The position numbers were made by a program, and so were the translations under genes. The notes beneath the pieces were generated by a model. The model had not been told where the DNA came from, made no database searches, and was given only the letters and a program-made list of their open reading frames with translations. Below are positions 54,838 to 63,368 of a stretch of 64,000 bases of DNA, in pieces. Numbering within the stretch: the stretch's first letter is position 1; the number at the start of each line of letters is the position of its first letter. Origin of the DNA: a virus; IMG/VR virus record IMGVR_UViG_3300036766_000837, positions 32,001 to 96,000 of that record. One strand, written 5' to 3'.

Positions 54838-56598
54838 TTAAGTATACCCCAAGGTGGCATCCTTTTCCATCGAATCACAACCGCCACCTATTGAGCAAGA
54901 AAGATTCTCATATTCTTTAATATCCAGGATTGTATTATCTAATAATCTTCCAGATTCATCTCTTTTTTCATTATCTCTTTTCTCATAATAAACGGCATCT
55001 CTAGAAGAATCAACATAAGTAGTTAATCCTTTACATCCAAGTCTCCATGCCTCTAAATATGCCTCTTTAAGTTCGGACTCTGCTACTCCTGCCGGAGCAT
55101 TATTAGTCTTTGAAATAGATTGTCCCACCATGTTCTCATCCATAGCATTTTGCCATACTGATTGCATCTTAATATGTGCCGAAAATGGAACCTCATAAGT
55201 GGTGATGAAAGAAGTATTATCCGCCAACCGATGCTTCCATGTTGAGGCCCCTATCCCATTAGAAGTTCGTACTATCTCTCGCCCAAAATTAGGTTCTATA
55301 GATGCACTCGTATTAGATATCAAAGAACGTGTTCCTTCCGGCGCAATAGCAAGAAGACTTATATTTCTCAATTTCAAATCCATCTGTTTATGTTGAGATT
55401 TATCCCATAGGGGATATGTACCCTTTCTTTCAGCAATCCTACATGATTCATCTACTACAATTTTATTCATGAAAGACCCTATATTTCTGGCAATCTCATA
55501 TGAAGATTCTTGGCCATAGATGGAACCCATCATTACTAATATGTCGGCAAACCCTGTAATACCCAACCCAATCCTTCGAGTATCTTTACTAGCCTTCTCA
55601 AATTCTGGGGCAACATGAACATTGGCATCTATAACATTGTCTAAAAATCTTATCCCTATTCTTATAGTCCTTTCAAGTTTTTTCCAATCGATATCCCTAT
55701 TAGATATATGATTGACAAGATTTATTGACCCTAAACAACAATTTTCATAATTTAGCAAAGTTGTTTCGCCGCATGGATTAACTCCCTTAATCTCATATTC
55801 GGGATACAAAGGATTATTTCTATTAATCGCATCTCTCCAAACCATACCCGGTTCTGCCATAAGATAATTGTTTCTAATTATCAAATCAAACATCTCTCTA
55901 GCATCTACCGTATCAACGGTACGTCTACCTACACGAGAGACTAAATTCCAAGAAGAACCATCCTCAACGGCTCGCATAAATCTATCGGAAGTGAAGACAG
56001 ATATATTAAAATTGGGCAGAGAATTTTCTTGACTCTTCAGTGTAATAAATTTTCTAAGTTCGGGATGGTCATCATCAAGAAGGCCCATCATCGCCGCTCT
56101 TCGGCGCCCCCCCTGTTTAACAACCTCTCCTATAGAATTGAAGATATTTGTCATGAATGAAACAGCTCCCGAAGAAAGTCTCATCGATGATTTAACATTC
56201 TCCACTTCAGACCTTAGATTAGAAAAATTATAACCTACCCCAGCTCCTGCTTGAAATAACTTTGCTGAATGCCATGCGTGTTGCATGATTGAATCCAAAG
56301 AATCTTCTGGTATCTGAACAAAACAAGCCGATAAAAGCCTCAGCCCTCCCCTTGACCCGGCATTCATTAAGGTCGGGCTATTAGGCAAAAAGTCTAATTC
56401 ATATATTGCATTAAAAAATTCTTCTTCATAAGCATCTGGAGAGAATCCATATTTAGTCTCTTGAGACGCTATTGTTTTTGCAACCCTCCTCGAAAGCCCT
56501 TCCCAATCTTCTAAAAAATTGCCATTTTCATCTCGATCATAATATCTACTTTTAAGCACCTCTTCTGCAAGAGGGGTAAGCTTGGGCAAAAGAATCAC
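54838..56598 (-). CDS. nrdJ: Class II (AdoCbl-dependent) ribonucleotide reductase
   Basis: NSPTLMNAG, SAC, QGGRRRAA, NPCGE, CCLGS, ISKT, GCKG, C-terminal Cys pair; no beta subunit nearby. Confidence 0.88.
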   Translation of the reverse strand: MILLPKLTPLAEEVLKSRYYDRDENGNFLEDWEGLSRRVAKTIASQETKYGFSPDAYEEEFFNAIYELDFLPNSPTLMNAGSRGGLRLLSACFVQIPEDSLDSIMQHAWHSAKLFQAGAGVGYNFSNLRSEVENVKSSMRLSSGAVSFMTNIFNSIGEVVKQGGRRRAAMMGLLDDDHPELRKFITLKSQENSLPNFNISVFTSDRFMRAVEDGSSWNLVSRVGRRTVDTVDAREMFDLIIRNNYLMAEPGMVWRDAINRNNPLYPEYEIKGVNPCGETTLLNYENCCLGSINLVNHISNRDIDWKKLERTIRIGIRFLDNVIDANVHVAPEFEKASKDTRRIGLGITGFADILVMMGSIYGQESSYEIARNIGSFMNKIVVDESCRIAERKGTYPLWDKSQHKQMDLKLRNISLLAIAPEGTRSLISNTSASIEPNFGREIVRTSNGIGASTWKHRLADNTSFITTYEVPFSAHIKMQSVWQNAMDENMVGQSISKTNNAPAGVAESELKEAYLEAWRLGCKGLTTYVDSSRDAVYYEKRDNEKRDESGRLLDNTILDIKEYENLSCSIGGGCDSMEKDATLGYT

Positions 56599-56644
56599 CT
56601 CCAGATGATATTTCTATTCTAGTAATTTTAGTTTATTTCGCTAT

Positions 56645-58714
56645 TTACTTGACTTTAAAAAACCTCTTGGGGATACGGCCTTCTAGATCGTCAATCTCTT
56701 TGGATATAATTTTTTTCCAATCAAACTTTTTCCGAATAAGTTTGGCGTTACTATATGCTTGTTTAGATACTTCATCATAATTTTCATATACATAAACCAT
56801 CTTGTCACAAAGGTCATTGAAATCTGGCCGAGCCCAGTTTCCTAAATGAAAATCATGACTACTTGGCCCTTCAGTATATTTAAGTTTGATACCATATTCC
56901 GCAAATTCGGACATACCAGAATAATCGGGCAATATGGTTGGCATTCCTGTAGCCATGGCTTGTAAAGGAATCATGCCGAACCCTTCACCAGAATTTCCAG
57001 TAATAAAAACTTTGCCATTTCGTTCTGCAATAATTGTATGATTTTTGTTTGTAACACACCAAACCATACCAGAATATTCTGTATATGTTATATCATAAGC
57101 TTTAATACTTCCTGCGATTTTTGTTTTTTTAACCGAAATTTGATAGTTCAATTGGGTATTGTCCTTAGAAACAAACCTTCCTTCTATAAGCCTATTAATT
57201 GGTTCCCTTTTAAATACTGAATTTGTGTATCCCAATTTAACACATAATTCAATAAAATCATCACAGAGTTGTTCAGAAGAGGTATAATAAGACACATTAT
57301 GACCACTAAAGGTTCCATCACCCGCCATTAATCCATTAAACAAATGTTCAAGCAATCTAGGAGAAAATTCAAAACACCATCTTGGTATTTTTTTATTTAA
57401 AGCTCCCTTCCCGCAAGATTTAAAAATTTCAAGTAAAGACTTAGAAACCACTCGGACATCAAATTTTTGAATGAAGGGATTAAGTTCAAAATATTTAAGT
57501 AGTTTAAAGATATGTTCCAAATTTTCCCTATTTCTGTTTGAAATGCTTATATATGAATTTCCCTCCTCATCATCAAAATAACATCCTTCGGATATATACC
57601 ACCCTAGAAGTTCAAAGAATAATGGAAGATAAATCTTTTCTGGCAATTTCTTTGCCCTATGCCATAAATTCGTTTGGTCATATATTTCATTAGTGGTTAT
57701 GTAATCATCATCCCTTCCTTCCCACTTGCAAGTTAATGGAATATACCTCTTAGTTTTATTTTTCTGAACAAAATCTCCAGCATATTTTACCTGTAAATTC
57801 TCATAATTACGTGGGTTGATCGTTCCCCCCTGAGATGGCCAATAATATACTCTATGGTTTGGAGTTAATAACATATCCATTGATGCATTATCAAAATGAA
57901 TCATCTGTCCGTTATACATAGTTTGATTTATATCAATAATAGGACAAAATTCCATCTTTCCGCTTGAATTAATCGTCGCCACGTTTTGACCAATAAATAC
58001 CTCTGATCTATTTTTCCATCCATTTTCTGTAAGAATCCTTGTATCATCAGAAAAACAAGAAGGATAAACTAAACAATGCAAACTATGAAACATGGCGTTC
58101 ATTTCAGGAATACTCAAGATACTTCTATAAGCTTCCACCTGAGGATGGTCTGTAACCGGACCGATTATAGAGGTTCCCTGTTTCATTCTACATTCCAACC
58201 ATCCATTGGCTTTATAAAACAAACGAACATTGTTATTACCGGAAAATACCTTATTAAATGCATCGAAAACCATCTGGCCATTTTTCCTATCAGCGGGTTC
58301 CCCCATGTGAAAAAAAATAAGATAATCAGAAATTATTCTTTTTGATAAGGTATAGTCTTTTGGGTCTATTCCATGAATAACTGTTCGGATAGGAATCTTA
58401 ACCCCGGCAGCTTTAAACACTTTAGTACACCAATGAGAAGTAGTCCAAAATAAATTACGAGAATTGATACGGTCAATCCATTCATCAGGAACATAGGTGG
58501 ATTCCCAAGGAGTATATCCAATCTTGAATTGATGGTCTTCACCCCCATAGTCTGGGGGTTGTTTGAATGATAGAGAAATAGGGGCTGTCTCGTCTTCCCA
58601 ATATGTTTTAATGCCCATAGAATTAAGAGTTTTACATATCTTAAATCCGGCATAACCGTAACCATCGTTCAATCCACTTGCAGCATTACCCCAAATTCCG
58701 ATTTTTTCTATCAA
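56645..58714 (-). CDS. Glycosyltransferase family 4 (group 1) with intein
   Basis: GYG, WES, HGID, RKN, VYPS|SGEGFGMIPLQAMATGMP. Confidence 0.88.
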   Translation of the reverse strand: MIEKIGIWGNAASGLNDGYGYAGFKICKTLNSMGIKTYWEDETAPISLSFKQPPDYGGEDHQFKIGYTPWESTYVPDEWIDRINSRNLFWTTSHWCTKVFKAAGVKIPIRTVIHGIDPKDYTLSKRIISDYLIFFHMGEPADRKNGQMVFDAFNKVFSGNNNVRLFYKANGWLECRMKQGTSIIGPVTDHPQVEAYRSILSIPEMNAMFHSLHCLVYPSCFSDDTRILTENGWKNRSEVFIGQNVATINSSGKMEFCPIIDINQTMYNGQMIHFDNASMDMLLTPNHRVYYWPSQGGTINPRNYENLQVKYAGDFVQKNKTKRYIPLTCKWEGRDDDYITTNEIYDQTNLWHRAKKLPEKIYLPLFFELLGWYISEGCYFDDEEGNSYISISNRNRENLEHIFKLLKYFELNPFIQKFDVRVVSKSLLEIFKSCGKGALNKKIPRWCFEFSPRLLEHLFNGLMAGDGTFSGHNVSYYTSSEQLCDDFIELCVKLGYTNSVFKREPINRLIEGRFVSKDNTQLNYQISVKKTKIAGSIKAYDITYTEYSGMVWCVTNKNHTIIAERNGKVFITGNSGEGFGMIPLQAMATGMPTILPDYSGMSEFAEYGIKLKYTEGPSSHDFHLGNWARPDFNDLCDKMVYVYENYDEVSKQAYSNAKLIRKKFDWKKIISKEIDDLEGRIPKRFFKVK
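56993..58057 (-). mobile_element. Intein with intact-looking LAGLIDADG endonuclease (355 aa)
   Basis: CFSDDTRILTENGW, TPNH, LGWYISEG, GLMAGDG, VWCV, FITGN|S. Confidence 0.9.
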
Positions 58715-59490
58715 GAAGATTCCTTTTTGATATTTTCCAAGAAATCTTCTATATTTTTCTCAAAATTTGCCATAAAAGTATCTATATCTTGTTCTTCTAT
58801 TTTCTCTCCGCGCGCAAAGGAGAATGGAAATGCTTTACATCCTACCCTATCGAATAGATATGCATTTACCCAAGTGATATTAACTGTATATTTTGTTCCA
58901 CAATTTTCACACTCAACGATAGCAAAAGGATTCGTTAATCCTTTGGGATAATGGACCTCAAATTTATTAATATCCGTAATAGGAACAAGTTTATTGCAGT
59001 TAGGACAAGGAGAATTTCCTATAGTTCTTTTTTCATTCATATTTTTTGTTATTTCCTTCACTTCCTCGTTAGAATCTAATAGTTGTTTTTCTAAAAAATC
59101 CTCACTAAACTTCATTTTTAACTCATCTACTGCCTTTCTAAGATGAGAATGTTCACCAGACTTTCCAAGTTGATATGATTCTGTTTTTTCATTACAAAAA
59201 TTATTTATATGACCTAAATCGTTGTTTATTATTCTTAATACTCCTGTCCCACAGTAAAAATTGGTTAACTCTTGCAAAGTATTATAATTCCCTGGATCGC
59301 TCATGTCAAACCCGGCATAGGCAAGTAACATTAACAAATTATATTCTGATATATCCCCTCCGATAGCGATTCCATAGGCTAAGACGGATAAGATTTTATC
59401 TTCTTGATCGGAAGAATCTTTTATTTTGTCTAAATTATCTTTTAAATACCTAAAAGCATAGAATTCTATGGACATTTCTTTTCTAATCAT
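58711..59490 (-). CDS. Hypothetical protein with C-terminal Zn ribbon
   Basis: CPNC...CENC; first gene after the leftward promoter. Confidence 0.65.
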   Translation of the reverse strand: MIRKEMSIEFYAFRYLKDNLDKIKDSSDQEDKILSVLAYGIAIGGDISEYNLLMLLAYAGFDMSDPGNYNTLQELTNFYCGTGVLRIINNDLGHINNFCNEKTESYQLGKSGEHSHLRKAVDELKMKFSEDFLEKQLLDSNEEVKEITKNMNEKRTIGNSPCPNCNKLVPITDINKFEVHYPKGLTNPFAIVECENCGTKYTVNITWVNAYLFDRVGCKAFPFSFARGEKIEEQDIDTFMANFEKNIEDFLENIKKESS

Positions 59491-59636
59491 ATCATATAAG
59501 ACACATAGATTTATAAATTTTGGACTGATAATCCTATATATTAAAACAAAACCATTAACTTTGGCCCTATAGTCCTATCTTTTAGTTTCTTAGTCTTATA
59601 TAGAGAGTCACATCTTTTTTCTTGCCGCCCTACGCG

Positions 59637-59666
59637 ATTATACATCTTTTTTGAGGGTTTTGTCAA
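59637..59666 (-). promoter_or_regulatory. Consensus sigma70 leftward promoter
   Basis: TTGACA-N18-TATAAT. Confidence 0.75.
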
Positions 59667-59700
59667 ATCGGCAGAAAATGTTTAAAACTTTTTCTTTACA

Positions 59701-59723
59701 TGATATACTATCATGGAAAGGAG
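59701..59723 (+). promoter_or_regulatory. Rightward extended -10 and SD
   Basis: TGATATACT, then AAAGGAG before GTG 59729. Confidence 0.55.
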
Positions 59724-59728
59724 AACGG

Positions 59729-60346
59729 GTGTCCGGTTCGTATACAAATGAAATCGAGTTAGTTAATATTACTTCAGACGCCGAATTTTTGATTGAGGAT
59801 ATAATTTGGTTTCAAAATGTTTTTTCTGACCAATGCGATCATTCAATCGAATGTGCTAGAGAGAAAATCCGATTAGAAATCGCAAACTCACGCCTTGATT
59901 GTCTCAAACATGCTTCCGCGACGTTTAGGATATCATGTTCTTTGTCCTGTCGAGAGTTATTATCACCTAATATTATAAATCTTTCATCAGAAAATGAAGA
60001 AAAACTTAAATATGAAAAGGAAACCTTCATTTATCCCGAAATTTTAGGCAGAGAAGATATACAAGGTAAATATCTATTTGAAGAACACATGAAAATCTGT
60101 TTTGAAGTGTATCAAAAGATGATGGAATATGGTTGGAATGAGGCAAATGCAGGGTTCGTTCTTCCAAGAGCGTGGAAGGTTCAAGTTTTTGCGACGATGA
60201 ACTTCCTTGAATGGAGAAAATTTATCGAAAAATGGTCGAAAAAGCCGATGGAGGCTGAAATTCGACAGATTTCAGATGAAATTTTTAAGACTTTATTCGA
60301 AAAAGCACCATCTTGCTTCGAAATTTTAATGAAGAGGCCAACTTAA
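59729..60346 (+). CDS. ThyX-fold protein lacking catalytic motifs
   Basis: L-x-HASATF, FVLP, TMNF-x-EW-x2-FI, EIR all match ThyX; RHR-x7-S is absent. Confidence 0.7.
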   Translation: MSGSYTNEIELVNITSDAEFLIEDIIWFQNVFSDQCDHSIECAREKIRLEIANSRLDCLKHASATFRISCSLSCRELLSPNIINLSSENEEKLKYEKETFIYPEILGREDIQGKYLFEEHMKICFEVYQKMMEYGWNEANAGFVLPRAWKVQVFATMNFLEWRKFIEKWSKKPMEAEIRQISDEIFKTLFEKAPSCFEILMKRPT

Positions 60347-60355
60347 GGAGGGAAA

Positions 60356-60643
60356 ATGGCGGAGATTAGTGATTTCGGCAATCTAGCCGGACTAAAATTG
60401 AAAAAGGTATCAAAACAAAAAGAGCAAACGGCCAAAAATGTAATATTATTAGGAATAATAGCACTTTTATTTAAATTTGTTGTTTTTTTAGGGACTTGGG
60501 TTGTTTATAACCATGTAATGCCAATTTTTAACTTTCCCCATCTTAATTTTTGGGAATTTTTAGGTACAATTTATATTATTTTCTATACTGGAGGAGTTTT
60601 TCTACACAAAGGGTATCGTTTCAATAATAATATTGCAAAATAA
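60356..60643 (+). CDS. Two-TM membrane protein
   Basis: Two hydrophobic helices; AAGGAGG SD. Confidence 0.65.
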   Translation: MAEISDFGNLAGLKLKKVSKQKEQTAKNVILLGIIALLFKFVVFLGTWVVYNHVMPIFNFPHLNFWEFLGTIYIIFYTGGVFLHKGYRFNNNIAK

Positions 60644-60687
60644 TTTCTATATTCTTATTATGAAAATAGAAGTAAATATTAAATATA

Positions 60688-61083
60688 GTGAGGGGTTGCA
60701 TGATTGAAATAGGGTCAATATTAACAGGAAATATCAAAGATATTATAGTAGCATGTATAACCGGAACAGCATTACTTGGTGCCAGTTATATTGCGGCAAA
60801 AAAGGGAGCTACTAAGGGGTCTTCAAAAGGAAGTAAGGAATTGGGTGATCGGTTAGAGACTGGAAATGGAGACACCCTTGGAACAACTATTCATCATATA
60901 GAGCAAACACAAGAATTGATGGTTACACAACTTCATTCTAATTCTCGTGATCTAACAAAACTTCATGATAAGATTGATAGTACATGTAGTAAACTTGATA
61001 ACCACTTAATTGAAACCAAACCCCTATTAAAATTTGTAACCAAACAAATGGAATCTAAAGTATCAAAAAGAAAGGATAGATAA
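60688..61083 (+). CDS. Single-TM plus coiled-coil protein, possible lysis accessory
   Basis: N-terminal TM segment, heptads; coupled to the peptidase gene. Confidence 0.5.
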   Translation: MRGCMIEIGSILTGNIKDIIVACITGTALLGASYIAAKKGATKGSSKGSKELGDRLETGNGDTLGTTIHHIEQTQELMVTQLHSNSRDLTKLHDKIDSTCSKLDNHLIETKPLLKFVTKQMESKVSKRKDR

Positions 61084-61745
61084 TGAGGAAGTATAGAATA
61101 AAATTAAGCAATAGAGATTCATGGTCTAAGACATTAGATTTGAAACCCTTGATGGAGAGATGGACTTCTCTTGCCACAAATATGGGGGGTCCATATCGCC
61201 TTCGTCAACGAGACGTTAAAGATGCCGAATGGTCTCCTGCTAGAGCATTAAGTCCGACAAAGAAAAGATTGAATGCCCATATGATTCATGGAACCATCGG
61301 GGAGATATGGCTTACTGATACGGTAAAAACTCCTAATATCTCTACTATGATTGTAGATGTAAAACCTGATATTCCAGATTCTCCAGGAACTAAAGCTATA
61401 GATATTGTGAGATGGCAATTGTTCCATAATTTTAATTTGGAATCTTGGGGTATATGTGTTTGTAAAGATATTGCGGGGTCTTCTTCATATAGCCAACATG
61501 CCTATTGTAATGCTGAAGACTATCATGCAATATTTACAATAATGAGCAATGCCGCACATTGGTTGGCCACTAATGCAGCGAAAGATATCGTGAATTTTCC
61601 TGCCGCAGAAATTATATTCAATCGGCAGATTTGGACTCCATCGCAAGGATGGCATTATTATGGCGGAATAAATCCACATACCGATCATATCCATGTTTCA
61701 GGTTATCCTTTGCAATCTGGGTCCAATCTGGAGGCTTGCCACTAA
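61083..61745 (+). CDS. Putative endolysin, M15-like Zn peptidase
   Basis: SQHAYCNAED (SxHxxxxAxD)...DHIHVS. Confidence 0.65.
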   Translation: MRKYRIKLSNRDSWSKTLDLKPLMERWTSLATNMGGPYRLRQRDVKDAEWSPARALSPTKKRLNAHMIHGTIGEIWLTDTVKTPNISTMIVDVKPDIPDSPGTKAIDIVRWQLFHNFNLESWGICVCKDIAGSSSYSQHAYCNAEDYHAIFTIMSNAAHWLATNAAKDIVNFPAAEIIFNRQIWTPSQGWHYYGGINPHTDHIHVSGYPLQSGSNLEACH

Positions 61746-61746
61746 T

Positions 61747-61775
61747 TTGACAAACATATTCTGGCCGAAGATAAT
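61747..61775 (+). promoter_or_regulatory. Sigma70-like promoter
   Basis: TTGACA-N17-GATAAT. Confidence 0.65.
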
Positions 61776-61838
61776 GGGAGAGAAAGTTTAACAGATTAGG
61801 GACAAAAATTCATTTTGGCCAAAATGGAGGTGAATTAA

Positions 61839-62090
61839 TTGGCAAATGTAATAGCTGATAATGCAAAGTTTGGAGAGATGTTGGTATGGGCAAATATAGC
61901 GGCCGATACTCCTATAGTCTATGCATATATATGCCCAGTAGGAACCCATCCCGTGGTTTCTGCGGTAAGACTTCAATATTATGATGCAGATTATGATGGG
62001 GCTGTTGATGATGCTACTGAGGGTGTCGCGATTTGCCCATCCCACTCCGCAACATTAACATCAGAAACGGCAGTTGATGTAAGTCCCTAG
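61839..62090 (+). CDS. Small acidic protein with DxDxDG motif
   Basis: GGAGGTGA SD plus TTG; DADYDG; C-P-x3-H / C-P-x-H. Confidence 0.65.
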   Translation: MANVIADNAKFGEMLVWANIAADTPIVYAYICPVGTHPVVSAVRLQYYDADYDGAVDDATEGVAICPSHSATLTSETAVDVSP

Positions 62091-62110
62091 TTAATATAAA
62101 ATATCTGTCG

Positions 62111-62145
62111 AAGAGGGGGGAAGTCACCAAAATTTCCCCCTTTTT
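62111..62145 (+). terminator. Intrinsic terminator
   Basis: GGGGGAA...TTCCCCC followed by TTTTT. Confidence 0.6.
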
Positions 62146-62156
62146 GATATAATCAT

Positions 62157-62230
62157 GGAGATGCAAGCTCTGAGGCTGAGCGTCCGGTTGTGGTCCGGAA
62201 GGTCGGTGGGTTCAAATCCCCCGCATCTCC
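62157..62230 (+). tRNA. tRNA-His(GTG)
   Basis: 8-bp GGAGATGC/GCATCTCC (G-1:C73), GCTC/GAGC D stem, TCCGG-TTGTGGT-CCGGA, TTCAAAT T loop. Confidence 0.8.
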
Positions 62231-62256
62231 CGACCTATATAGAATAGGAGGAAGTT

Positions 62257-62481
62257 ATGTTTTGTTGCGTATGTGCTGGAAGTTGTTGCCATACAGGACC
62301 ACATTCATATTGTTGGAAACATAGTCAGAATTTATTGGAAAGAATTTGGCCGCCCATTCCTCAAGTTTATTGTAATCATTGTTATTGTATTGATGTCCCC
62401 CCTACATTTAATAGACCCCGATTGCATACTAGGTGTTGCAAATGTTGGAACATACAGTTAAAACATGGAATATTGAAGTGA
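62257..62481 (+). CDS. Small Cys/His-rich protein
   Basis: AGGAGG SD; 12 Cys in 74 aa; GTGA overlap with the next gene. Confidence 0.6.
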   Translation: MFCCVCAGSCCHTGPHSYCWKHSQNLLERIWPPIPQVYCNHCYCIDVPPTFNRPRLHTRCCKCWNIQLKHGILK

Positions 62482-63368
62482 AAATTCTTCTTATTGGTGG
62501 TTGCGGATACATAGGTTCTAAATTATATGAAGAATTAATTAATAATTCGTATGACGTAGATACCGTAGATATTGAGTGGTTTGGAAATTATGTCAATAAG
62601 AATAATCAAAAAATCTTATATAGTGAATTACGGGAAAGCACTCTTCGGAATTATCAGATTATAATCTTGACTGCTGCTTATTCTAGTGTTGCTATGTGTG
62701 AGATTAATCCCCTGGCTTCTGTTGTAAGTAATGTTAACAATTTCATACAATTGTTGGACAAAATAAGTAATGGCCGAAAATTTATATATATGAGTAGTTC
62801 AAGTGTATATAATGGAAGATTTTTTGCATCGGAGGAGACTCCTATAAATGAGGCCACAAACTATTACGACCTTACTAAATTTTTTGCGGACTTATGGGCA
62901 AAGATTTCCGACAAAGAGTTTTATGGACTTCGACTTGGGACGGTAAACGGATTTTCTCCGAATCTTCGCTCCGATATCATGATAAACAAGATGGTTTTAT
63001 CCGCAAAAGATTCTGGTAAAATTGAGGTATATAATCCATATAATGCGCGACCAATTCTTGGCATTAACGATCTTTGCCGCGCAATTATTGCTATAATAGA
63101 AGGGGATGACCGTCGAGGCATTTATAATCTTTCCAGTTTTGACGATATGATAGGAAATATTGCAGAAGATGTTGCTAAAATACTTAACATACCGATTTAT
63201 GATATGGGGGAAAATAAGGCATATGATTTCAGTATCAGAACGGTAAAGTTTCAAAAAACATACGATTTCATTTTTAATGACACTATCGAATCAATCGTTG
63301 AGTCTTTAAATGGGGGATTGGAGAATGGGACCATCAAAAACATACAAGGCAGGCCAATATCTGTATGA
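62478..63368 (+). CDS. NAD-dependent NDP-sugar epimerase/dehydratase (extended SDR)
   Basis: GGCGYIGS, SSSSVY, YDLTK, LRLGTV-x-G-x-SP. Confidence 0.9.
   Translation: MKILLIGGCGYIGSKLYEELINNSYDVDTVDIEWFGNYVNKNNQKILYSELRESTLRNYQIIILTAAYSSVAMCEINPLASVVSNVNNFIQLLDKISNGRKFIYMSSSSVYNGRFFASEETPINEATNYYDLTKFFADLWAKISDKEFYGLRLGTVNGFSPNLRSDIMINKMVLSAKDSGKIEVYNPYNARPILGINDLCRAIIAIIEGDDRRGIYNLSSFDDMIGNIAEDVAKILNIPIYDMGENKAYDFSIRTVKFQKTYDFIFNDTIESIVESLNGGLENGTIKNIQGRPISV

Noticed and set aside
495-59366. Numerous short plus-strand and alternate-frame ORFs in the track
   Set aside because: They overlap well-supported minus-strand genes and lack SD sequences or recognisable motifs.
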